Shown piece by piece: positions 9,179 through 20,106 of a DNA stretch of 64,000 nucleotides. The stretch is taken from positions 1,280,136-1,344,135 of the forward strand of contig JBJBDC010000001.1 in assembly GCA_047285535.1 (NCBI GenBank). Direction: 5' to 3'. Below the pieces are notes generated by a model, which searched no databases, had not been told where the DNA came from, and saw only the letters and a program-made list of their open reading frames with translations. Origin of the DNA: Synechococcus sp. (GTDB lineage Bacteria > Cyanobacteriota > Cyanobacteriia > PCC-6307 > Cyanobiaceae). Both the position numbers and the translations under genes were made by a program. The first letter of the stretch is position 1. Each line of letters starts with the position of its first letter.

Positions 9179-10417
9179 TTGATGATGGTGAAGGTTGCAC
9201 GCATTGCAACGTGCGTGTTCAAACTTGGGCTTGTGTTCTTCATGGGAACACAAGCCTCAGCCGGTGAATCTGGCGAACATCATCATCAATCCGACTGGAT
9301 TAATTTCAATCTTGAGTTAACAGCACAACCCATCGTAGGAATATCAGGGGGCAAAAAGCCATCATCCAGCAGTTGGTTTCAACAACTTACTGCTGGACTC
9401 ACTCTTGGAAGAGGCCTCAACAAAAAACCGAACACTTGGACAGAACTAGACCACTGGCAATTACAGGTGGAACTAAATCAATACACAGGCAATCCCTCTC
9501 TTAACGAACAACTTGGATCCGTATACCCACTTCAAGACCTGGTCATGCCAGTTGGAACATGGATTACCCAAGCGTCAATCGAACGAGTCCAGGGAACAAA
9601 CGAGATCGACTGGAGCATGCATGCCGGCGTGATCTCGATCGAAGACAATCTGTTAAACATACCAGCCTTAGATCATTACGTTAATTACAGCCTCGACACC
9701 CCATACAACATCTCCGTTGTCGGTCTTCCGATCAGTCCACTTGTAGCTCCAGGAGCACAGGTTGCACTCCACCATCACAATCTAGGAATCTTTGAATATG
9801 GATACTATTACTTAAACGAAACCAAGGAACTTGCCTCGGCGCTTGGAGTCAATCCTCAGATGCCTAATGTACAAGGGAGTCTTCATGTCTTTCAGTGGTC
9901 AAAAAATCCATTTCCCAAATACCATCGAACCACAAATCCAAATCAACGGCTTCCTGATCCCGCCATTGCGCTTGGCGGCTATATAAGCAATACAGAATTA
10001 GATATTCTCCCCAGTGAAAATCTGGGCGAGGGTATGAATACAGCAATCTACGGAGCTTTTACATGGCCAATATCACTGCCAATAGGACACGATAATCGCA
10101 TCTGGATATCCAGCAGCCTGAGCCTCAATCCAAGCAACAACCCTTTAACAAGTTATGCAGCAGGCGGATTACTAAGTCAAGGAATTTTACCCGGCCGTCC
10201 CTTAGATATACTTGCGCTGGGCTTCAATCGCAGCGGCTTTAGTCAACAGCTTAGCCCAAACAAAAGCTATGAAGGAGTCATTGAACTCAACTACACAATT
10301 CAAATATCCAAACGCCTACAAATACAACCCTTGATGCAATGGATCATCAATCCATCCGGAACTGGTTCATGGCCAACAATCTGGGCGACAGGAGCACAAT
10401 TAAACGTTTCACTTTAA
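9179..10417 (+). CDS. OprB-family carbohydrate-selective porin
   Basis: Signal peptide, beta-strand pattern, C-terminal GRPLDILALG...YEGVIELNY...IQPLMQWIINP. Confidence 0.75.
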   Translation: MMMVKVARIATCVFKLGLVFFMGTQASAGESGEHHHQSDWINFNLELTAQPIVGISGGKKPSSSSWFQQLTAGLTLGRGLNKKPNTWTELDHWQLQVELNQYTGNPSLNEQLGSVYPLQDLVMPVGTWITQASIERVQGTNEIDWSMHAGVISIEDNLLNIPALDHYVNYSLDTPYNISVVGLPISPLVAPGAQVALHHHNLGIFEYGYYYLNETKELASALGVNPQMPNVQGSLHVFQWSKNPFPKYHRTTNPNQRLPDPAIALGGYISNTELDILPSENLGEGMNTAIYGAFTWPISLPIGHDNRIWISSSLSLNPSNNPLTSYAAGGLLSQGILPGRPLDILALGFNRSGFSQQLSPNKSYEGVIELNYTIQISKRLQIQPLMQWIINPSGTGSWPTIWATGAQLNVSL

Positions 10418-10423
10418 GGCAAA

Positions 10424-11380
10424 ATGAAATCATCACCCAAGAAAATGCGATCTAGATTGAGAAAGTCAGCTTGGATGTCGGCCACCATAAACACACTAAT
10501 CTTTTTATCACTTGGAAGCAAAGCATATAATGCATCGGCAGAGACAGTCACACTAATTCTAAGCAATGGAGACAAGATTCACGGCGTATTACTCAAAAAT
10601 GAAAGCAATGATCACAGAATTGTGATCGACCACCCCAGCCTCGGCAGACTAGAAATTCAATCAAGCGCGCTCAAAGCAACACCTAAGAAGAAACAATGGA
10701 CAGGAAACTTTTCAGCCGGAATCACTGGCTCAAATACCGATAAAGATCTTGAATTCGACAGTACATCACTATTCAATATACAATTCAAGAATGAGTTGAA
10801 CTTGTTGTCATTCAGAGCCAACACAGCATACGGGTTTTCAAAAAGTGCAGGCCAGGACAAAGGCTCAACAGATACCAATCAAGGGCAGCTTCACCTTCGT
10901 TATGCTCACACACTATCAGGCAAATTGAATGCTTATGCATCCAATACCTATGAATATGACACACTCAACCGAACAGGCACAAACAATCTTGTCAATTCGA
11001 TTGGCCTTGGATATGACTTAATCAAAACAGATACAACAACTCTCAACATATCCGCAGGACCTTCTTCGCAGAGCATCTGGGGAGGGAAAGGTTGCAGCGC
11101 TGACCAATACTGCGGCAACACATATGCGGCAAGCAGCGCAAGACTAAGCCTAGATTGGAAACCCAATAGCTACTTTAATCTATCACTCAGCAATCAATTT
11201 ACAGGTGCCTATTCAGAAGGATTATCTCCAAGCAACAATTTCTCAGGGACGATAAAGATATATCCATTGGGTGATAATAAAATTTTTACTTCTCTCAATG
11301 GACAGCTCATCTACAATTCTCTAACTACACCACAAATCGACAACAGTTTTTCGCTACAACTCGGAACTGAACTGTTCTAA
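10424..11380 (+). CDS. DUF481-like outer-membrane beta-barrel protein
   Basis: Signal peptide, LILSNGDKIHG domain, WTGNFSAG, terminal Phe. Confidence 0.65.
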   Translation: MKSSPKKMRSRLRKSAWMSATINTLIFLSLGSKAYNASAETVTLILSNGDKIHGVLLKNESNDHRIVIDHPSLGRLEIQSSALKATPKKKQWTGNFSAGITGSNTDKDLEFDSTSLFNIQFKNELNLLSFRANTAYGFSKSAGQDKGSTDTNQGQLHLRYAHTLSGKLNAYASNTYEYDTLNRTGTNNLVNSIGLGYDLIKTDTTTLNISAGPSSQSIWGGKGCSADQYCGNTYAASSARLSLDWKPNSYFNLSLSNQFTGAYSEGLSPSNNFSGTIKIYPLGDNKIFTSLNGQLIYNSLTTPQIDNSFSLQLGTELF

Positions 11381-11658
11381 GCGAGCTGCATACTCGCATT
11401 ATTCAAACTCCAAGGGCAACACTTCAAACAATCTTAGACCTAAGAACAAGATTCATTGAACGAACATTAATTGCAAGCGATAATTCAAAACCATTCAGAA
11501 GTCTTGTGCCACTATGTATCGTATTAACAAAAAACAGGCGTTTCACGTCAAAGCAATGGCGACGCAATGACACGCTCGAATGCACTGAATGCTAAGACTT
11601 GATCCCAAAAGGACATAGCTCAAAGGAAAAGACATCAGAAAAATTGGCGAGCTGCGAA

Positions 11659-12153
11659 TCAACGGTAATTCTCAAACTGAAAGGGAATATCAAATTCTTC
11701 CTCTTTGCTTTTGACCAATTGAATCGCAGTCTGAAGATCATCTTTACTCTTACCGGTAATACGAAGACTTTCTCCTTGAATTGCGACAGTAACTTTCTTC
11801 AATTCGTCGCGAATGATCTTACTCAGCTTCTTCGCGACCTCTTGACTCAGCCCCTTACGCAACATGATCACCTGCTTAATGCGATTTCCTCCTACAGATT
11901 CAGGCTTTTGGAAATCAAAAATTTTAAGAGACAGATCTCGTTTTGTAGCTTTGGCCCTCAAGATATCCTCTACGGCCTGCAATGTCATATCACTAGCGGT
12001 CGTAATCACAACTTCAGTGTCCGAAAGATCAATTGCTGTGCCTGAATCCTTCAGGTCATAGCGGTTACCGACATCGCGACGAACCTGATCAAGCGTGTTG
12101 ACCAGCTCCTGACGGTCGAAATCAGAAACCAGATCAAAGGAATATGACGCCAT
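11659..12153 (-). CDS. yajQ: YajQ-family nucleotide-binding protein
   Basis: SFDLVSDFDRQELVN...RYDLK...IQGESLRITGKSKDDLQ...QFENYR. Confidence 0.95.
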   Translation of the reverse strand: MASYSFDLVSDFDRQELVNTLDQVRRDVGNRYDLKDSGTAIDLSDTEVVITTASDMTLQAVEDILRAKATKRDLSLKIFDFQKPESVGGNRIKQVIMLRKGLSQEVAKKLSKIIRDELKKVTVAIQGESLRITGKSKDDLQTAIQLVKSKEEEFDIPFQFENYR

Positions 12154-12502
12154 AGCGGTGGGCTGTTGTTGAGTACAGGTCTTTGCTTAACTTACTCATT
12201 TTGAGCGGTTGCGGCAGGGGCAAAAAATGAGGATCACCACAGATGCTGGTGGTGGTTAGAAAAATTTTCAAGCCAACATCATGGTTCTAACCATGATGGC
12301 TTTATTGCGCAATAACTCACAATCCAATCATAGGACAGGCATAGGTCACAACTGTTTGACAATGCAATATCAAAAAGGTGACCTGAGGCTGCCAGGAGAC
12401 TCTTCCAATGATAAATTATTAACAATATTAATCTCGAAGCTGTATCTGAACCAAAACGTAATTCCACCAACATCAACTTCTCACCACGGAGATAGTATCA
12501 AA

Positions 12503-12748
12503 ATGACATCGTCACCACTTGCTACAGCCGACTTCATTGCTAATGAAATCGAAAAACTGGCTGACCTACTCAGACCAGAGGTGATTCGAGCAGCTCGGGC
12601 CGAAGAAGAAGGGCGCAAAAATCTCGACCGAATTGAATATGCTCTTGGCACAATTGGAAAGGCTCTCATCCTTACTGATTACAGCGTAGACGAGCAAAAA
12701 GACCTGGACAAGCTTGAAGAATTCAGAGAACTACATGGCAGGAAATGA
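12503..12748 (+). CDS. Small hypothetical protein
   Basis: Helical 81-aa ORF from MTSSPLATADF. Confidence 0.55.
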   Translation: MTSSPLATADFIANEIEKLADLLRPEVIRAARAEEEGRKNLDRIEYALGTIGKALILTDYSVDEQKDLDKLEEFRELHGRK

Positions 12749-13048
12749 TCGATATGCAAGTGTAAACCATGTCATTGAAGCCAAAGGTACACTCAAAACC
12801 AGAAGACAATCCCGATTTCACCATCTCTAGATATTCCCAAATCAATTGAATCAATAATAGAGCTGGGCGAATTTACTTTTACCAGGACTAGGATTTGCCA
12901 GAAAACAACGATTGGCCAGAAATACGGATCAAATCAAGTCATTTGATTAATACCAATTATGCAGAAATCTATCTTACAGCCTCAACAAGTAGGCTACAAA
13001 CTCTTCAACTTGGTGGCACGATTCAATACTGCAGAGCATATCAATTCG

Positions 13049-13393
13049 CTAAAAGTCATGCTTTTCCCCCTCAACAACCATCGTCACTAATAGAGGCCAA
13101 TACCGATAGCTCGCTCGAATCAAAAGAGCCCAAGTTAGCCACAGCAGCCAAAAATTAATGCTGTCATCAATCGCTTGACGACAATCCAGCCGCAACGCCT
13201 TTGCCGTAGCGACTGCAACTTGTTCTTGCGCAAAGGCATCCACGGCCAAACACACCTTGGTTGCAGGAAGACGAAACAACTCTGCGGAGAGCCAAGCAGG
13301 CGCCAAAGCGACCGGAATCGCAACTAACCATCGTCCAACAAATCGCTCTAAGGAACGACTCGGCACTATGCGTCTCGGCTTAGATGAGGGCAT
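13049..13393 (-). CDS. Hypothetical two-TM membrane protein
   Basis: Two hydrophobic segments with a Cys pair between them. Confidence 0.5.
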   Translation of the reverse strand: MPSSKPRRIVPSRSLERFVGRWLVAIPVALAPAWLSAELFRLPATKVCLAVDAFAQEQVAVATAKALRLDCRQAIDDSINFWLLWLTWALLIRASYRYWPLLVTMVVEGEKHDF

Positions 13394-14076
13394 CGAACGC
13401 CAATCCAGACCTGCACTGTGCTGAAATTAGAAACAACTGGCCTTCAAGACCAGCGTATTGACATCAAGTGAAAGCTTCTCCATGATTCGATCATCAAGAA
13501 ACAGTCAAGACAGCACCTAAAGGACTTGGCAACATACGAGAAGCTTCACGAAGATCAGGTTGCTTCAGGAACAAAGCATTGGCATTGACTGCAGACAACT
13601 CAATTGAGACTTTAGAAACAGCGAAGTTGATGTCTTCCCCCAAGCTTGATTAAAAACACAATGCATGAAGTGACTATCCCCACTGCCAGTAGACCGGCAA
13701 ATGTCGTCGAATCATCTTCATGAGTTTCGAAAATGCATACATCTCAAGAGACGGCACGCCCTAGTGGCTAAAATCCAAGAGATCGATCTTAATGTACCTC
13801 ATTTTATACTCTTAAAGAATAGTTCTGCGATGAGCTGGAGTTGCTTCATTGAAAGCGCTAACACAACCACCAGAATGAGCAAAATAACAATCCAGCGCAT
13901 AGATCAAGAAATTCATTTTCAAGACACAAGACAACAAATAGTATCAATCTTTTTTCATTCATACAGATGCCAAACGAAGCATGCTTAAAACTGAAATTCG
14001 ACCTAACGATATTTGCAACAGCAATATCAATTGCATCAAAGAATGTCAAAAAAGAAACTACGATTTTTGCTGATAT

Positions 14077-14313
14077 TTACTTTTTGCGTTTAAATGTATA
14101 GCAACCACCGTGATAACCCGTAAATGGCTGCGCATAAGTAATGAGTTCCCATCCCTGTTCTCCCAGCTCATTCATCAAACCCACCAATGTCACATCGCGC
14201 TGGGGATGCCTCCTAGAGATCAACTGATTTTCATCAAGCCAAAGCTCTTCGATTTCTCCAGTCCACGACTTTCCTTTCGGAACAAAACGCAATTGCGTGT
14301 ATTCCCACGTCAT
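14077..14313 (-). CDS. DUF4177-like small protein
   Basis: WEY N-terminus, MNELGEQGWEL and FKR C-terminal motif. Confidence 0.65.
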   Translation of the reverse strand: MTWEYTQLRFVPKGKSWTGEIEELWLDENQLISRRHPQRDVTLVGLMNELGEQGWELITYAQPFTGYHGGCYTFKRKK

Positions 14314-14587
14314 GGAGGTCAGCCTTCTGCGTTTCGACTTTAAAGCAAGCCCAGGGCCTCTTTAGCCTGAGAGGCACAACCCCATCAAAACTCCCCTCCT
14401 CAACAGAAGAAGAAGATCAAACCAGCATGACCCCAATGGCCTTTTTACAGCAAAGGCCATTGGGGTCATTACTCCAAGATGCGCTCTTCTCCCAAAAAAC
14501 AAGCACCAAAACATTTGGCGCTCCGATCTCAGATCAAGATCTGCCCACAAAGAAGGGTTGAGCGATAGTCGCCCAAAGGATCAACCC

Positions 14588-14680
14588 TCAGCCAACGACA
14601 AACACGGCTGCAAGGAAGACAACGGAAATTGCAGCTAAGAAGCTACCGATACCAGCAGCTTGAATCCAGTTTGGGCTCAT
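14588..14680 (-). CDS. 30-aa single-TM microprotein MSPNWIQAAGIGSFLAAISVVFLAAVFVVG
   Basis: GAGGAG Shine-Dalgarno at 14686-14691; hairpin immediately after the stop. Confidence 0.5.
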   Translation of the reverse strand: MSPNWIQAAGIGSFLAAISVVFLAAVFVVG

Positions 14681-15359
14681 CAAGTCTCCTCAACACTCAT
14701 GGTCTGGCTCAACCCAAGCCCTTGGATCAAGGTCTGTTGTGAAACGGAGACAACCGAGCAGAAGCGGAGGCAAGAGAGATGGCCCGTCCTCAAAAGAACA
14801 GATAGCCCAGCACGCTCAGCAAAGGATCTCGCGAATCAAGGCAATAAGAACGGAGGAGAGCATCCGGGGCCTCGAAGCAAAAACCATGGAACTGAATGGG
14901 GGCTTAACAGCAGATAGGCCCTAAAGCTGCGGCCTAGCCCCCAGGCGAAAATTCCGGGAAACTTTAAAACAAATGCGTTGCAAGACGGGCCGTTCTTACT
15001 CCCCCTCTGAGTTGGTACTTCTAGCGGAGAGAGCAAATCTTCCGTCTGATCCCTAGATTTCATGCTCAGGAATACTGATTGTCATGCGAGCAAAATATTC
15101 GAGGTACCAAACATCAAACAGATTGGGAGCATGCATTGACGTATTCTGATGCCATCCTCCAATTCCAACACAATAAAGTCACAAGAGAAAATGCTTGATA
15201 TATTGATTGCAAAAGCCTAATTTGATCTCTTCGCATTAAAAAAGTTGACCAAGATCGTTGTTTAATCAACAGCGAGCATCGATTGACATAATAAAAAGCG
15301 TGATGAGCGACTGCCCTTCTATCAATCCTTAAAATGCAACGATGAAAGAGATCCCTCTA

Positions 15360-15563
15360 TCAGATTAAATCTAGAGCTTGAAGTACTTTTAAGCGTATCC
15401 CTCCAAGTCTGGACCAAGCTTGTAAAGCATCAGCCTTGGATGTATATGGCCTCCAATCATTTTCCATCATCCTTCGCTGCATATGGAAAGCAACTCGTCG
15501 TGCAACAGCCCTGTCTCCAGGTACATTGAGATGAATCACCCTACCATTTACCTCAAAATCCAT
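15360..15563 (-). CDS. Small hypothetical protein
   Basis: 67-aa ORF with GGAGG upstream. Confidence 0.55.
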   Translation of the reverse strand: MDFEVNGRVIHLNVPGDRAVARRVAFHMQRRMMENDWRPYTSKADALQAWSRLGGIRLKVLQALDLI

Positions 15564-16360
15564 ACCAATACGCTAAGCCTCCCCCCAATCAAGCAATATA
15601 ATAAAAACCATTTTACCCAATCTCTCAAGGGATTGGGTATTGAATCCTTGATACGCTTATAAAAAGTGCGAATCAAAGCTTGTCGACAGTAACTAATCAT
15701 CGAAAAAACATGAACAAGCTTTCGCCCCAAGACTGTGGGAAATGAAGTTTTGCTTATCCAGCAAACAGCAAGAATTTGTCCATTGTCGGGAGGACGCTCA
15801 AAATTCAAGCCTGCTCTGTACTATTTCAGAGGTTTGCGCTATGGGGCTTACTCAGGCATTGACGAAGCGCAGTACTGTCTAGCCTCTATTGCTGACTACA
15901 ACACACCTCCATGATTCAACCCCAATCAACTTCGAAACAGCTATGATTTGCGTTACTTAATCATCGCTTCAGAGGTAGATCAAGTAAATCAAAACGATCT
16001 CTTGACCCAGGCTTACCGCTTGATGAAATAAAATTGATCATGACCTGTTATTAGAAAAATTAGGGGCTAAATATTACTTAAGCCAGTAACTCTTTAAACC
16101 AAGCAAGGCGATGTAGTTTCACTCTTAGGGCATCAGTCATAGGTGAAAGCATGGTCTCTCGGTCCTGTTGCCGAGTTTCAGCGAAGAAGTCAGAGCGATC
16201 ATGTATTCAAGCGAAAGCAGCTTAGATCAGACAAATGAATTCCCAGGACTAGTCGCATCAAAGTGAAGGGCAAAGCTCTGAAAGAGGCTGTGAGAGTTCA
16301 TCGAATTGCTCGCCGATAGAAACAGGATCAAAGTGCAGTGAGACTGCTCCATGAACTGGC

Positions 16361-17737
16361 ATGAACACCCCACTCGACATCGCCGATGCAACGGTGCCTA
16401 TGAAGAGAAGGGTGATGCTTGCTTACGGCGTCGGAGACAGCGGAACAGGCATGGCCTCCGCTCTTGTGGGCTTCTACTTATTTGTTTTCTACACGGCCGT
16501 AGCGGGTTTACCCGCTTGGCTCGCGGGAAGCGTTCTGATGGTTGTACGCCTATGGGACGTCGTCAGTGATCAGATCATCGGCTGGCTAGGAGATCGCACG
16601 AGCAGTCGAATGGGTCCACGCATTCCTTGGATGTTGGCGTCAGCAGTCCCGTTGGGTATCTCAATGACACTGATGTGGTGGGTTCCACCGTTCCCTGATC
16701 CGTGGCAATTTGTTTGGTTCGTGCTGATTGCCAGCGTTTTTCAAGCCGCCTACTCAGGAGTGAATCTGCCCTACGCGGCACTCGCCACGGAGCTGACGAC
16801 TGATGTGCAGCTGCGAACCCGCCTCAACAGCGCTCGTTTCACTGGTTCAGTTCTGGCCAGTTTGCTCGGCCTCTTATTAGGAGCGGCACTGAGCCATCAG
16901 GGTCAGGATGGATATCTGAAGATTGGACTTGTCGGTGGGCTGATCCTCATTGGAGGAAGCCTCATCAGTGCTGTTGGTCTGGCACCGGCCGCTGCTCGCT
17001 GTCAACGACCTGGCCTGGAAATCAGTCCACTGCTACCTCAACTAAGAAGGCTCTGCCGCAATGGGCTGTTCCTGCGCGTGGTCTCGATGTACCTGCTGAT
17101 GTGGGGTGCACTGCAGCTAATGCAGCCTGTGGCGATTATCTATTTATCCGATGCTCTTCACCTACCGGATCAGTGGAGCAAGGCATTACTCATTCCCTTT
17201 CAGGTGAGTGCCATGGTCGGCATCTGGATCTGGAATCAGGTGTCTTTTTACAAAACTCGTCTTCTTTCTCTGCAAATCGGCGGGAGCGCCTGGATGGTTC
17301 TCTGTCTGATCACAATGGTGTTACCTGCCCTACCAGTGTGGGGCAATGCTCTGGCAGCTAACAATCGAGCTCAGCTGATTGCACTGATGATCACATTGAT
17401 CTTATTGGGTATTAGTGCATCAACAGCCTATCTACTGCCTTGGGCGTTTCTACCTGACGCCGTGGATGCAGAGCAGGACCATCCAGCGGGTCTGATCACC
17501 GCCTTTATGGCCCAAATCCAAAAACTCGGAAGCGCTGCCTCGGTGTTTCTGCTCGGCCTCGTGCTGAGCTGGAGTGGCTACCAGGCAAATCTCGGCGCAC
17601 AGCAACCAGAGAGCGCTGTCGCCATGATCAGATTAAGCATGGGCCTATTTCCAGCACTAATGGTGCTGCTCTGTCTGTGGATCATGAGGGACTGGAACAG
17701 AGTGCGTCAACGTGTGCTAAGAAGAGAGCCAGCGTAA
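16361..17737 (+). CDS. GPH-family (MelB-like) MFS sugar:cation symporter
   Basis: AYGVGD, RLWDVVSDQIIGWLGDRTSSRMGPRIPW, NLPYAAL, ~12 TMs. Confidence 0.88.
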   Translation: MNTPLDIADATVPMKRRVMLAYGVGDSGTGMASALVGFYLFVFYTAVAGLPAWLAGSVLMVVRLWDVVSDQIIGWLGDRTSSRMGPRIPWMLASAVPLGISMTLMWWVPPFPDPWQFVWFVLIASVFQAAYSGVNLPYAALATELTTDVQLRTRLNSARFTGSVLASLLGLLLGAALSHQGQDGYLKIGLVGGLILIGGSLISAVGLAPAAARCQRPGLEISPLLPQLRRLCRNGLFLRVVSMYLLMWGALQLMQPVAIIYLSDALHLPDQWSKALLIPFQVSAMVGIWIWNQVSFYKTRLLSLQIGGSAWMVLCLITMVLPALPVWGNALAANNRAQLIALMITLILLGISASTAYLLPWAFLPDAVDAEQDHPAGLITAFMAQIQKLGSAASVFLLGLVLSWSGYQANLGAQQPESAVAMIRLSMGLFPALMVLLCLWIMRDWNRVRQRVLRREPA

Positions 17738-18938
17738 TCGTGCGCAAACAAGCTTGCTATTCGAATGAACTCAAACCAGATTCGAATTCATCAAAGCCTC
17801 TAAAGAATGCCGCGGAATAATCAAACAGACATCACAACAAATAAACATCTGATAAATGACAATACTTTTCATGGCTAGCCAAACGAGTAACAATACCATT
17901 ATCAATCCAAAAGCATCAAGCAAACGCCTCAATGGGGAATTGAACGAAAAGGCAAGAATTAAACTTTCCCAAAATCAATGAAAAGATGTACATCATAAAA
18001 AGTCGATAAACAAACGACAGGAATGACAATTAATACCACAAATCAACTAGATCACATCGACAAAGAAAGCACCTTTCTTGACAACCAAGGATCAAATAAC
18101 ATGAATCAAAGACAAGCATAATCCATCTTCAATTAGCAAAGACCTAGAGCATGCTAATTAGTTATCAGAGCGACTTTCAAGTTCAAGAAAAAGGCCATAA
18201 ATAGTAGAGCTCAGATTAATGTAGATCAATCATTTTCAGAGCCAAGAGAAAGACACAATAAGAACGGTCACGAAAAACCAAGAAGAAACGAGAGCCCTAA
18301 AAGAACAGTCATCATTAGGAGACAAAATCCCGTCATTAGCCCACATTCCATGTCCAACACGAACATCAAAGGCATGAAAAACACTAAAACAGAGAAGACA
18401 AAAAGATAGAAATAATTAGGATGCTCAGTGTTGCAATCAGCTTCATGCACTTGGTTTGAATCAAGAGAGAAAAGTTGATGACTCATCCAAGTCGCTCTTG
18501 ATGTCAGCAGTCAACTCCAAGTCGCTTTGGACTCAAATACTGGGAGTGCCAATCGACTACTGCTGGCCAGTGACTGACTCCAGAGCAGAAACTCAAGTGG
18601 GACCTTGGAACAAACGCAGCATTGTAAAAAAGATCCATGTTTGCATTCATTCCAGCGCCAACAGAATGGCTGAAGAAATCATCAAAGGAAAAGAACAAAA
18701 GCCTGGTTTTCATAAAGAGTTCGTTTGAAAAGTGATCAGCTCAGACTGCAAAGGCGATACTCTGTGAGTATCGTTCTAGCAAACAAAGACTGACAACATA
18801 AATATTATCCCTAAAAAATCAATTCTCTTGTTAACTCAACGGAACCATACCCTATCAAAACCGATCAAGTTCAAATATGAGACCCAGAAAAAAGCATCAA
18901 CTCCAGGTAAAGCGTATAGGACAATAACCATCAATGCA

Positions 18939-19160
18939 TTAATCACTTGCGCAAGCCGTTGGCAGAGAGTCTTGATAAATTTTCAATTCTTTTTTCGCGA
19001 TGATCCAATCCTCAAGAAGACCTAACGCTTGATACTCTTTCCAGTTGATTTCAGCAGCAACAACACGAGCATGCAATGCTCTTTCAGTTTTTGTTCTAAA
19101 TCTAATAGTGCCGCTATCAAGCGGTGCAGTCGCAAAATAGTCCCAATTAGGCTCGATCAT
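18939..19160 (-). CDS. Small hypothetical protein
   Basis: 73-aa ORF, no motif recognised. Confidence 0.35.
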   Translation of the reverse strand: MIEPNWDYFATAPLDSGTIRFRTKTERALHARVVAAEINWKEYQALGLLEDWIIAKKELKIYQDSLPTACASD

Positions 19161-19374
19161 AGATCATATCATTCATCCCCATCAAAGCTCATGCTGACCT
19201 CCATAACTAAAAAGTATGCTTCACCATGAAGTTTTTTTTAAACAGCTATCCCTTTCAAATGAAACGCATTATATGCAGCACTAAGAATTAATATTTGACC
19301 TCCACAAATGTAAGAAAGAATCCAAACTCGACTGTCTCAACATGCAAAATGACAAATCAAAAGCTATTAAAGAA

Positions 19375-19506
19375 ATGGATTGGCGCATAATCGTTGTTTT
19401 CACGCCAATTGTTTTGGCAATATCTTGGGCTGGCTACAACATTGGCAGGGCAGCCCTAGCGCAGCTGCAGCTAGCCATCAATAATTTCAAAAAGAATCAA
19501 TCATAG
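19375..19506 (+). CDS. psbY: Photosystem II protein Y (island copy)
   Basis: Hand translation MDWRIIVVFTPIVLAISWAGYNIGRAALAQLQLAINNFKKNQS matches the PsbY pattern MDxR..V..P...A..WA..NIG.AA..QLQ. Confidence 0.88.
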   Translation: MDWRIIVVFTPIVLAISWAGYNIGRAALAQLQLAINNFKKNQS

Positions 19507-20106
19507 GCAATCAAAAAAACAATACCAAATACTTCAGTTCACCGGATTCAAAAACAATCTCTCTTCAACGGCCTTCTTTTCAAACCATCATTCTTGGGCA
19601 ATCGATCAGAGTTAGATTTATTAAATCTAATCATTCAAAGTAGCGTTAATAGATACCCTCACAAGAAAACTTGCCTTAATGGTACTGAGAGCCCCTTGAG
19701 GACAGGTTCTAGCTAAATCTATGCTCATCAGGAATACTAGCGCCTGCAAAGGCCACAATCATCTTTTTGATCAAGATCCAGAAGGCATTAGAATCAAGGA
19801 AGGTTTCTAAACCAACTCAGAATTTCGACCGAAAAACACACAAAAACCTTACGCCATGACTCAATAAAAACGCGACAGGGATCAGCATCATTGAAGCCAT
19901 TTCTGCCAATGTTATTGATAACATAAAATTCATTTAACCTATATCACAGGCAATTTCAATAATAGAAACGAAGATAAACCAAAGACAGTGCGGCAACACT
20001 GCATAAATGACTATTCCTCCATTTACGTTGACCATTGGCCTTGAACATGGGCCTTCGCTCCCATAAAGTAATTGATCAATTGATAAGTCCTTAAGCGACT
20101 GAAGCG

